Source: Bacillota bacterium (GTDB lineage Bacteria > Bacillota > Clostridia > Lachnospirales > Lachnospiraceae). From it: a stretch of DNA of 64,000 bases. The notes beneath the pieces were generated by a model. The model saw only the letters and a list, made by a program, of their open reading frames with translations. It made no database searches and was not told the DNA's origin. Within the stretch, counting starts at the first letter, position 1, and each line of letters begins with the position of its first letter. Below, piece after piece: positions 10,235-19,202 of this stretch. The translations under genes and the position numbers were made by a program. Location: positions 8,509 through 72,508 of the forward strand of contig JAEWHR010000072.1 in assembly GCA_023387655.1 (NCBI GenBank), read 5' to 3'.

Positions 10235-11697
10235 TACTCTACCTCAACAATATTGATATTTTCAATCTTCATATCCTGCGTACCAGTCATGAAGCAACCT
10301 TTTTCCTTCGCATATGCGATATGATTTAAGATATCTTCTGTAATGCGTTCTCCCGGAGCAAGAATTGGTATTCCTGGTGGATAGCACATAACAAATTCTC
10401 CACAAATGTGTCCTTTACTCTGATAAATAGGCATCGAACGCTTTTTGCTATAAAAAGCTTCTTGTGGTCCCATCACAATTTGAGGATTTATATATTCATG
10501 ATCAAACATTCCTGCCTTATCCTTCTCATGAAGTCTCTTTATCTCTGAAAGTGCAGAAATCAATCGCTCTATCTCAAGGTTTCGATCCCCTGAGGATATA
10601 ACCGCTAAAATATTACCAATATCACCGAACTCAATCTGAATTCCGTAATCATCTCTTAGCAAATCATAGACCTCAATTCCTGCTAATCCGATATTTCGTG
10701 TGTGTATCGAAAGCTTTGTTGTATCAAAGGAATATACCGTGTCCCCGTTAATAAGCTCTTCACCAAAGGCATAATAGCCTCCAAGTTTATTAATTTCATC
10801 TCTTGCATAAGTAGCAAAATCAATTGTTTTATCAAACATGCTCTTACCGTTTAAACTAAGATTCTTTCTTGCGATATCAAGAGAAGAAAGCAGTAGGTAA
10901 GAAGCACTTGTTGTCTGTGTTAAGTTAATTACCTGACGCACATAGTCAGCATTTACCGAATTTCTTGTTAACAAAATAGAACTCTGTGTTAAAGAACCTC
11001 CTGTTTTATGCATGCTAACTGCTGACATATCAGCACCTGCTTCCATGGCAGAAAGCGGTAGTGAATCATGGAAATAAAAATGTGTTCCGTGAGCTTCATC
11101 AGCTAACACAAGCATGCCATGCTGATGTGCAATTTTAACAATTTCTCTTAAATTCGAGCAAATCCCATAATAGGTTGGATTATTTACAAGAACCGCTTTT
11201 GCATCTGGGTTTTCTAAGATTGCTCTCTTTACATCATCAACCGACATACCTAGAGGAATTCCAAGTTCTTTGTTCGTTCCAGGATTAATGTAAACCGGTA
11301 TTGCACCACAAACAACTAGAGCATTAATTGCACTTCGATGTACGTTTCTTGGCATAATAACCTTATCCCCGCTTTTACACACAGCCATAATCATGGCTTG
11401 AACTGCCTGTGTGGTACCGTTTACAATAAAAAATGCTTCTTCCGCCCCAAATGCTTTTGCGGCTAGTTCTTGTGCCTCTTTTATGACAGAAACCGGATGA
11501 CAAAGATTGTCTAATGGTTTCATGGAATTCATATCAAGACTTAATGTTGTATCTCCCAAAAAATGTTTTAACTCTTTATTTCCACGTCCCCCTTTATGGC
11601 CAGGTACATCAAAATGCGCCAAACGATTCAGTCTTTGTTCTTCCAAAGCTTTGTGGATTGGGGTATCCTCTTGAGTTAATGTCTTCATACTTCTCAT
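10234..11697 (-). CDS. speA: Orn/Lys/Arg decarboxylase (fold-type I PLP), probably arginine decarboxylase
   Basis: FDVPGHKGG, DEAHG, SMHKTGG (PLP Lys), YPPGIP; first gene of an agmatine-using operon. Confidence 0.85.
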   Translation of the reverse strand: MRSMKTLTQEDTPIHKALEEQRLNRLAHFDVPGHKGGRGNKELKHFLGDTTLSLDMNSMKPLDNLCHPVSVIKEAQELAAKAFGAEEAFFIVNGTTQAVQAMIMAVCKSGDKVIMPRNVHRSAINALVVCGAIPVYINPGTNKELGIPLGMSVDDVKRAILENPDAKAVLVNNPTYYGICSNLREIVKIAHQHGMLVLADEAHGTHFYFHDSLPLSAMEAGADMSAVSMHKTGGSLTQSSILLTRNSVNADYVRQVINLTQTTSASYLLLSSLDIARKNLSLNGKSMFDKTIDFATYARDEINKLGGYYAFGEELINGDTVYSFDTTKLSIHTRNIGLAGIEVYDLLRDDYGIQIEFGDIGNILAVISSGDRNLEIERLISALSEIKRLHEKDKAGMFDHEYINPQIVMGPQEAFYSKKRSMPIYQSKGHICGEFVMCYPPGIPILAPGERITEDILNHIAYAKEKGCFMTGTQDMKIENINIVEVE

Positions 11698-11718
11698 ACA
11701 TCCTTCCTTTTGTCATAA

Positions 11719-11925
11719 CAAGGAACCTCATGAAAACACTATAAATATTTCCATGTTTACCCATGCGTCGATTTAGTATACATGATGAATAATATTTTTG
11801 CAAGAGTAATATTAAACTCCATTCTTAGTATTACTGTTACTTTGACCTATGTTTTTTCCATTTTCAAAAAAAGTAGAGGTTTTACTAACCACTAAATTTA
11901 GTGGTACTATACTTGATTTTCCTTT
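11719..11925 (-). ncRNA. Structured 5' leader of the polyamine operon, candidate ldcC RNA motif
   Basis: Perfect palindrome ACCACTAAATTTAGTGGT (11888-11905). Nested long-range pairings on the minus strand CAAG/CTTG, AACCTC/GAGGTT, TGAAAA/TTTTCA end ~10 nt before the RBS. Lies upstream of a decarboxylase, the context reported for ldcC motif RNAs. Confidence 0.55.
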
Positions 11926-12065
11926 TAAAATAAGCTCTTTTCATAATTACTTATAATATTTTTGTATCTTTTAAAAAATTATCAAAAAAAATTTTTATAT
12001 TTTTCCAACACGAACATGAGCAACCACGTTCCGCCAATGATAAAATATCTTTTAAACGTTACAAA

Positions 12066-12114
12066 AAGGAGCTTATGCTCCATAGATAATAACTTATCTA
12101 TCACATAAACTCCT
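12066..12114 (-). terminator. Hairpin downstream of the GH36 gene
   Basis: AAGGAG.TTATG..ATAGATAA/TTATCTAT..CATAA.CTCCTT inverted repeat, followed by a T-run on the minus strand. Confidence 0.6.
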
Positions 12115-12225
12115 TAATTTAGATATTAATATGATTACCCACTAAATAAATCATCACTACAGAAGATTTTAAAATGCAGATTTTTTTCATAATCCATATT
12201 AACGTAATAATATTGAATCCTCATC

Positions 12226-14415
12226 TTATTCTTCACGTATCAGATGGATTAACATGGATTTATAATCACCCCAAAGCCCCGTTATATCAATACCAGCTTG
12301 CATATAAGCTTCTCCAGACTGAGTTAAATTCATCTCTTTCCATGTGTACATCGCATCTTTATCAAGTCCTTTTAGATAAACCCGATAGGAGTGGAAATTA
12401 GGACGTGCTAAGACCTGTACGTAGGTTACAAGTGCTTCTGACTTATCTTTTGCTACCACCATATAACAATCTCTGGATGGATCATCAAGAACAGAAGAAA
12501 TTCTATAATAGTCTCCAGTGCGAATAAGATCATTGTATTTATGATATAATGCAACTTGTTTTGGTATCATCTCTTGATCTTCCTTTGAGATTTTTGTTAC
12601 ATCTAGTTCATAACCAAAAGTACCAGCTAGAGCAACATGCCCTCTAGTCTCAAATGGAGTAATCCGGCCTACCGTATGATTCGGACAATCACTTACATGG
12701 GCACCGATGCAAGAAAGTGGATAGACCATTGCAGTTCCTCTTTGAATCTTTAGTCTTTCCACTGCATCGGTATCATCCGAACACCATATTTGAGGACTAT
12801 AATATAACATTCCTGGATCAAATCTTGCGCCACCGCCAGAACAATTTTCAAGTAATAAATGAGGAAATTCAGTGATTAATCTTTCTTGCACTTCATATAC
12901 CCCAAGAACATAACGATGACTTAATTCACCTTGATTCTTTGCTTTTAAAGCATAACTTCCAAGGTCGCAAAGCGGCCGGTTCATATCCCACTTAACATAT
13001 TCAATATTGGCGCTATGTAAAATCTTACTTATCATCTGATAAATATAATCACGTACTTCTTTTCTAGAATAGTCAAGCACAAATTGTTGCCTACACTGGC
13101 TTGGCTCTCTGCCAGGAATTTGAATTGCCCAGTCTGGGTGATTTCGATAAAGGTCCGAATCAGGAGAAATCATCTCAGGTTCAAACCAGATACCAAATTT
13201 CATTCCAAGCTTATTTACCTCATGAACCAAATTTTCTAAGCCGCCTGACAATTTTTCTTCATTCACAACCCAATCGCCAAGCGCACAATCATCATTGTTT
13301 CTCTTACCAAACCAGCCATCATCCATTACTAGCATCTCAATGCCTAATCTCGAAGCATTTCTCGCAATATCAAGTAACTTCTCCGTTGTAAAGTTAAAGT
13401 AGGTTGCCTCCCAATTATTGATTAAAATCGGCCTCTTCTTATCTTTGTACTCTCCACGAATTAAGTGCTTTCGATAAAGATCATGAAATGTCCTTGACAT
13501 CTTCCCAATCCCTTCTGCAGAATACACCATAACTGCTTCCGGAGTAATGAATTCATCTTTTTCTTTTAATTCCCACTCAAATTCAACAGGATTAATTCCC
13601 ATCTGAACCCTAATTAAATCAAATTGATTGCGTTCCGCTAAGGCAGTAAAATTGCCAGAGTATACAAAATTAACTCCGTATGCATCACCTAATTCTTCTG
13701 TTGTATTTTCCGATACAATAGCCATAAATGGATGCTCTTGATGTCCAGACTCACCACGAACACTAGATACGCCTTGAATACCATGTCCAATTTTTCTACG
13801 TTCTATCTGCCTCTCTCTAGCCCAGGAACCATGTAAAGTAATCATTTCATATCCCTTATCAGGTAAATCAAATGATAAAGATAATGCCTTGGTAAGCATA
13901 ATGGCATCTTTGGATAGATTTTTTATTCTAACATTTCTTGTTATTGCATCAATTTGATTAAAAGCTGTATACGAGAGTATTACCTCAAGATTTAGATGCT
14001 TATCCTCACATATTATTTCCAGTGTAGTACAACTGTCTTCATTCCCAAAGGTAGCTGGTAAACCAGGTAGTTTAGATTTTCCTGGATAAATATGATGACT
14101 TTTATATGTAATACCAACTGCACGATGTCCTGAAACTGTTTTAACTTCTAACGCTGACTGTCTGAAATCGCCAATTCCATGGGTTGGATATTCCTGTGGA
14201 AATGAATCCATAAAAGAGACACGTTCTCTATTTCTGCGAGATGGAATCGGTCCTGTAAGCATCTGCTTCCAGAAACTTAGATTGGTATCTTTCAATTTCT
14301 TACCGTAGTACACATGTCCAATAAATTGCTCCTCATCAATAAGGCCAATCATGTAAGTCGTATTCGGGGTGTCTAATTTAAAAATATGTTCCTGATCATA
14401 ATATGTAATCCCCAT
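12226..14415 (-). CDS. Alpha-galactosidase, GH36
   Basis: LINNWEATYF, VMDDGWFG, YVKWDMNR, ENCSGGGARFD, WCSDDTD; start revised to ATG 14415 (AGGAGG RBS). Confidence 0.96.
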   Translation of the reverse strand: MGITYYDQEHIFKLDTPNTTYMIGLIDEEQFIGHVYYGKKLKDTNLSFWKQMLTGPIPSRRNRERVSFMDSFPQEYPTHGIGDFRQSALEVKTVSGHRAVGITYKSHHIYPGKSKLPGLPATFGNEDSCTTLEIICEDKHLNLEVILSYTAFNQIDAITRNVRIKNLSKDAIMLTKALSLSFDLPDKGYEMITLHGSWARERQIERRKIGHGIQGVSSVRGESGHQEHPFMAIVSENTTEELGDAYGVNFVYSGNFTALAERNQFDLIRVQMGINPVEFEWELKEKDEFITPEAVMVYSAEGIGKMSRTFHDLYRKHLIRGEYKDKKRPILINNWEATYFNFTTEKLLDIARNASRLGIEMLVMDDGWFGKRNNDDCALGDWVVNEEKLSGGLENLVHEVNKLGMKFGIWFEPEMISPDSDLYRNHPDWAIQIPGREPSQCRQQFVLDYSRKEVRDYIYQMISKILHSANIEYVKWDMNRPLCDLGSYALKAKNQGELSHRYVLGVYEVQERLITEFPHLLLENCSGGGARFDPGMLYYSPQIWCSDDTDAVERLKIQRGTAMVYPLSCIGAHVSDCPNHTVGRITPFETRGHVALAGTFGYELDVTKISKEDQEMIPKQVALYHKYNDLIRTGDYYRISSVLDDPSRDCYMVVAKDKSEALVTYVQVLARPNFHSYRVYLKGLDKDAMYTWKEMNLTQSGEAYMQAGIDITGLWGDYKSMLIHLIREE

Positions 14416-14502
14416 AATCTCCTCCTGAAAATATATGTACAAAGAAAGCCTAAATACTAGGCTTTCTAATGCCATCAAAGCTACAGTTTTAAACTTTTAG
14501 TC

Positions 14503-14919
14503 TTACTTAGCAGAGGAATGTATCATCGCTTCTGTACAATATTGCATAATAGCCTTTCTGGTTACAATACCTATGAATCGGTCGTCATCATCTAATACAG
14601 GTACAAAATTTTGATTCATTACCAAGTTAACCAACTCCTCAACTTTCTTGTCCGCTCTCACCGCTAAATGATTTTTTTTGCGAACAATTTGTTTGATTTT
14701 CACTTTATTAAAGATGTCGGTATCATCTTCTTTATGTTCTAATACAAACCATAAAAGATCTCCTTCGGTTACAGTTCCAATATATTTTCCATTCTTATCT
14801 ATCATCGGTATTGCAGAATAACCGCGCTGCTTTAACGTCTCAAGCGCTTGTCTTACCGTAAACGTATCATAGATATACGCTACCTCAATTTTCGGGGTTA
14901 AGAAGAATAGTATATTCAT
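14503..14919 (-). CDS. CBS-pair protein (YkuL-like)
   Basis: MNILFFLTPK..YSAIPMID..YIGTVTEGDLL..FVPVLDD..FIGIVTR. Confidence 0.9.
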   Translation of the reverse strand: MNILFFLTPKIEVAYIYDTFTVRQALETLKQRGYSAIPMIDKNGKYIGTVTEGDLLWFVLEHKEDDTDIFNKVKIKQIVRKKNHLAVRADKKVEELVNLVMNQNFVPVLDDDDRFIGIVTRKAIMQYCTEAMIHSSAK

Positions 14920-15184
14920 CGTATGGCTTCCTCCTGATTGTCTTACATCAACATGATTATAGCACTTTCCAGTGAAACAGTAAAGGAAACTATCCTGTCT
15001 AATTTATTAAAAAATGGAAAAAAACAAGTGTTTACTATTTCACTAAATTTTCATATTTTAGTTAAATTAGGCTACTATTGTGGGATAAAAAATGGGAGCA
15101 GATCATCGTATTAATTCCGATTTGCCCCCAATTTATATATTATATTCTACAATGTTGTAAAGCGTTTCTTTATTTACTATGTAA

Positions 15185-15760
15185 CTATATATTTTTTACT
15201 AATTGGTAGTATTTCTCTGCTACTAATCTACCGATAATAGCTAGTGCTAAACTTATATACAATGTTATATTAAAATGTATTTGCTGGTCAGCATAACCAC
15301 TTTTTAGATTAAAGAATGGATCAATAATTTTTAGCATAAAAATCATAGATACAATTGCAATAATAATAGTAGTAAGCGCTCTTCTACAGCTCTCACCATG
15401 TTTCCACTCATATTTCATCTTTAATCCTGTTAAGAAACTGGATACAGATAATACTAAACCAACTAGGTAGAATACAAATGGAATTGCCCCCATAATTACA
15501 AATGACGCACCGTCTGCAGTGTCTTTAAATATTCTTATGAGTAGTTTCCAAGAGTCCCATAGATAATATTGGGTATGAGATTCAATTACACCTGCTTCAC
15601 GATATAAATCAATATAAACCAGCTTATACAGCATTATGATCGGTATAACTAATGTTAAAGCCAATAGCGCCTTATACAAAACATCTACTGTTTTCATATT
15701 AGGTGCTTTTCTGACATCACTTTGGTTATTCCATTCCTCATCGTTGTTCCTTTTTGACAT
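15185..15760 (-). CDS. Hypothetical 4-TM membrane protein
   Basis: GGAGG RBS, four hydrophobic segments, downstream terminator at ~15090-15134. Confidence 0.75.
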   Translation of the reverse strand: MSKRNNDEEWNNQSDVRKAPNMKTVDVLYKALLALTLVIPIIMLYKLVYIDLYREAGVIESHTQYYLWDSWKLLIRIFKDTADGASFVIMGAIPFVFYLVGLVLSVSSFLTGLKMKYEWKHGESCRRALTTIIIAIVSMIFMLKIIDPFFNLKSGYADQQIHFNITLYISLALAIIGRLVAEKYYQLVKNI

Positions 15761-15790
15761 TACAATTCCTCCAATCTACCTTACCACATA

Positions 15791-15806
15791 ATGTAAACGC
15801 TTACAT
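15791..15806. promoter_or_regulatory. LacI/CcpA-type (cre-like) operator
   Basis: ATGTAAACGCTTACAT near-palindrome with central CG, ~30 nt upstream of the 15760 start. Confidence 0.55.
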
Positions 15807-16026
15807 ATATATTATACATACTCCCACCTTATTTTTCAATAACTTTATTGCATATTTTACAATAATATTCACAGTTTTTTCTATAATTTTTGACTCATTG
15901 TACTATTTATAATGAATTTATGTTTATTTTTTCTACATTGCTATAAATTCTGCTTATTTGTTTAATAATAGTAGAAATCATCGTAAATTTAATACATTTA
16001 ATACTACTAAATGTAATTATTCATTC

Positions 16027-16172
16027 TTAATCTTTCTTGATCTTTTAATCTTTCTTGATTTTTTAATCTTTCTTGATCTTTTAATCTTGCCTAATCTTAT
16101 ATTTCTTAATCTTATATTTCTTGAACTTTTATTCTTTCATGATCTTATATTTCTTAACCATTCTTAATCTTA
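16027..16172. repeat. Intergenic tandem repeat: 18-bp units decaying into 15-bp units
   Basis: TTAATCTTTCTTGAT(C/T)TT at 16027, 16045, 16063, then AATCTTATATTTCTT-like units. Confidence 0.9.
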
Positions 16173-16526
16173 ACTATGCATCCCTATTATATTTTAATTT
16201 TATTTGTCATCATATTTATATATTAATAAATAGTGAGCATTCTATATGAAAAAATGTAATGATAAAAAGTTTATGATATTATTATTCCATGATAATCAAG
16301 CATGAAAGAATTAAAAACTTTTTAGTATATTATGAATAATTTCCATTAAACTTTACCAGGATTTAACTACATACTGCTTGACAATATACTTAAAATATAA
16401 TAATATTATTATGAAAATCTAACAAATATATCATGAACACTTACCGTTTTTTAGTCATTTTTATTAGGTTGGGTTTTTATTTTATTTCTATCCACACTTT
16501 TTTAAGAAGAATAGGAGGTATATGTA

Positions 16527-17879
16527 ATGTTGTTTAAGAAGTTCAAAAAAAGTATCGTTGTCGTTCTAACCCTTGCAATACTTTTCGGTTTTACTACCAT
16601 CCCGCATCGTGTCCTAGCGAATGAGGCCAATGGTGAAAAAACATTTCGAGTATTATCTTTAAATGTTGCAGGATTGCCCGATATCTTATCAAGCAGTAAT
16701 CCAAAGGTCAATACAGTAAAAATGAGTCCACTACTAAATAATTATGACATCGTAAGCGTACAAGAAGATTTTGCATACCATCAAGAACTAATCTCACAGG
16801 TCACACTTCCTTATTTAACTTCACATAGTGGTAATGTTCCATTCGGAGATGGAATGAATTTCCTGTCTAATTATTCACTTAAAGAAACAGCAAGATACAA
16901 ATGGAAAGATCGACACGGATTCATTGATAATGGTGCAGATCAAATGACGCCAAAGGGCATTCTTTATTCCACTGTTGAAATCGAGCCTGGTTACTATATT
17001 GATATCTATAATATCCATACGGACGCAGGAAGTGATGAAGGTTCCTACGCTGCTCGTCGTGCCAATATGATCCAACTTGCTGAGTTAATACAGCAACGTT
17101 CCGTTGGAAAGGCTGTCATTGTAATTGGAGATACTAACTCCCGTTATACAAGAGAACAAGATAATTTTGAAACTGCTGTTTTAGAAACTTGTGGTTTAAG
17201 AGATCCATGGATTGACTTAATAAGAAATGGAGAAGTACCTGCCGATGGAGAGGCTCTCATGGACTCTGCTAATCGTAACAGTGCTACAAACGAAGTAGTG
17301 GATAAAATCTGGTATCGTAGTGGTAGAAATGTTAGTTTAGAGGCGATACATTATGCATTGTTAGAAACAGAATTTACGGATGAAAATGGAGCGCAACTTT
17401 CAGACCATTATCCAATAACTTCTACCTTTCAATATACTATAAACGAGGATATTAAAACCAGTGAGACTTATGGAGGGACTGGTGGAACACCATTTAGTTT
17501 CCTTGAAACCATGGAAAATAATTTCCCAGATCGAATCTCTATCCGTGCTGGCTCTCGCCTCGACAATATCTCCTTTACATATGGTGATACCATAGCCTCT
17601 ATTGGCGGAAGTGGTGGAACCTATCAAGAACTAGTTTTACAAGAGGGTGAATATGTAGTTTCACTGGATGTATCTATGGTGAAAAAATCTTTATTTGGTT
17701 CTTATCGAATTTCTTATACAAAATTTACAACTAATTTAGGAAATGTCTTAGAAGGAGGAGTTAAAGGGACTACTATCTATTCGTTTTCTGCACCAGAAGG
17801 TTATGCCATCGCTGGAGTGCACGGAGCTTATGGCGATGAAATCGATCGAATTGGCGCTCTTTATCTCTTAAGGAAATAG
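16527..17879 (+). CDS. Secreted endonuclease/exonuclease/phosphatase (sphingomyelinase-like) fused to a C-terminal jacalin-like lectin domain
   Basis: Signal peptide ending VLA; SLNVAGL, VQEDF, IHTDAG, GDTNSR, VDKIWYR, SDHYP; C-terminal GGTGG, GGSGG and GDEIDRIG jacalin beta-prism motifs. Confidence 0.85.
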   Translation: MLFKKFKKSIVVVLTLAILFGFTTIPHRVLANEANGEKTFRVLSLNVAGLPDILSSSNPKVNTVKMSPLLNNYDIVSVQEDFAYHQELISQVTLPYLTSHSGNVPFGDGMNFLSNYSLKETARYKWKDRHGFIDNGADQMTPKGILYSTVEIEPGYYIDIYNIHTDAGSDEGSYAARRANMIQLAELIQQRSVGKAVIVIGDTNSRYTREQDNFETAVLETCGLRDPWIDLIRNGEVPADGEALMDSANRNSATNEVVDKIWYRSGRNVSLEAIHYALLETEFTDENGAQLSDHYPITSTFQYTINEDIKTSETYGGTGGTPFSFLETMENNFPDRISIRAGSRLDNISFTYGDTIASIGGSGGTYQELVLQEGEYVVSLDVSMVKKSLFGSYRISYTKFTTNLGNVLEGGVKGTTIYSFSAPEGYAIAGVHGAYGDEIDRIGALYLLRK

Positions 17880-17970
17880 AGTAACACAAAGAAAGTTACT
17901 TTAAGTAATACAAAAGTTGTGGATAAAAATATGCGAATATAAACAATATTTTGATATTGAAGCAAAACCA

Positions 17971-18045
17971 TTGAATATGATGCAGAAGCAAGACTTTTGA
18001 ATATGATGCAGAAGCAAGACTATTGAAGATCAAAACAAGACTATT
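17971..18045. repeat. 26-bp tandem duplication plus decayed third copy
   Basis: TTGAATATGATGCAGAAGCAAGACT at 17971 and 17997; partial copy at 18023. Confidence 0.9.
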
Positions 18046-18242
18046 TAATGTAATATAGAAAAGGACAAACTCACATGAAAAGAACGTTTTTACGCTTCCA
18101 TTTTGAGTTTGTCCTTTATTTAATACTATTTTGCTTATTCCCAATGGTAGTCCTATTTTGTATAAAATAGGAGTATACTCATTATAATGTAGTTCTATAT
18201 TTATTATGATTTAGTTCGGTATTTATTATTGATCTTATCTAA

Positions 18243-18674
18243 CTATCTCATGGCTGCTTGCATTTTCTTTATTTTTTCTTGTAATAATTTATAAGCTTTT
18301 GTGGAATCGGTGACCTCTAACACCGTTTCTTCCATAGGGCACATGCCATCTCCGGCGCGATTCACAATATAAGGAACTAAAGATTGATACTCAAATTCAA
18401 TATTAGACATTCTCAGTACCTCTATAGCATGTTCGCTGATAACCTGTGTATGAAGATAAGAAATTCCTCCCTCAATTAATAACAATGCTGCTGCTTTACC
18501 AATAACCTTGTCTGCAACATAAGCTCCTTTTAGTAATTCTTTATTTTCTCGAAGTAGCTCCATAATTGGTGCTATCCCTCTTTTTTCCGAGGTTGACCAT
18601 TCTCCATCCTTATATAACACAAAAGAATAGCCCCCCTCCTTTAGTTTTTCTGTTACTTTATTTTTCTGATCCAT
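18243..18674 (-). CDS. DUF1893 (TM1506-like) protein
   Basis: RGIAPI, ADKVIGKAAA, VISEHA, IVNRAGDGMCPME; start uncertain (18674 or 18707). Confidence 0.85.
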   Translation of the reverse strand: MDQKNKVTEKLKEGGYSFVLYKDGEWSTSEKRGIAPIMELLRENKELLKGAYVADKVIGKAAALLLIEGGISYLHTQVISEHAIEVLRMSNIEFEYQSLVPYIVNRAGDGMCPMEETVLEVTDSTKAYKLLQEKIKKMQAAMR

Positions 18675-19200
18675 AAAATAAACCACTCTTTCTACCTTGA
18701 TATACAATTGGAGGTATTAGGATTAATTGTATAAGGATTCCTGGAATACCTTGTATTGTCGCATTTATCGCTGCAATCGGTCCCAGCATCTCAAGATGTA
18801 ATAACTTAGTTGCAACGAATAAAGATATCGCATATACACTTCTTCCCGCTACCATAGCAATCACTAAGGAGAGATAAATCCTAACAAGAGGTTTTCCTAT
18901 CTTTAAGATACGATAACTCAATCCCGCTATAAGCCCATAAACTGCTAATTCAATCACCATAAATGGTAACCTTTGCATTGGTGGCATACCAGTTAGTAAG
19001 GAACTAAGTGCTGGTGTTACACCTCCAACAATGATTCCCCACCATGGTCCCATAAAAAATCCACAAAGTAACACGGAAATATGCATAGGTAATAATACAC
19101 TACCAGTATTCCCAATAGGAATGAAATGAAAAGCCTGTGGTATTATAACCCCAAGAATTAAAAACACTGCACTATAAACTAATTGTTTGGTTTTGGTCAT
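18658..19200 (-). CDS. ECF transporter S component
   Basis: LLPMHISVLLCGF..GP..G...P..S.LLTGMPP pattern, ~5-6 TM; ATG 19200 after GGGAG. Confidence 0.85.
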   Translation of the reverse strand: MTKTKQLVYSAVFLILGVIIPQAFHFIPIGNTGSVLLPMHISVLLCGFFMGPWWGIIVGGVTPALSSLLTGMPPMQRLPFMVIELAVYGLIAGLSYRILKIGKPLVRIYLSLVIAMVAGRSVYAISLFVATKLLHLEMLGPIAAINATIQGIPGILIQLILIPPIVYQGRKSGLFYGSEK

Positions 19201-19202
19201 AT

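Noticed and set aside
11609..11803. 64-aa ORF as a leader peptide or speD remnant
   Set aside because: No AdoMetDC (SH cleavage) motif, TTG start, overlaps the decarboxylase out of frame; the region is better explained as structured RNA
15958..16167. 69-aa ORF with LIFLD repeats
   Set aside because: By-product of the 18-bp minisatellite; TTG start without RBS
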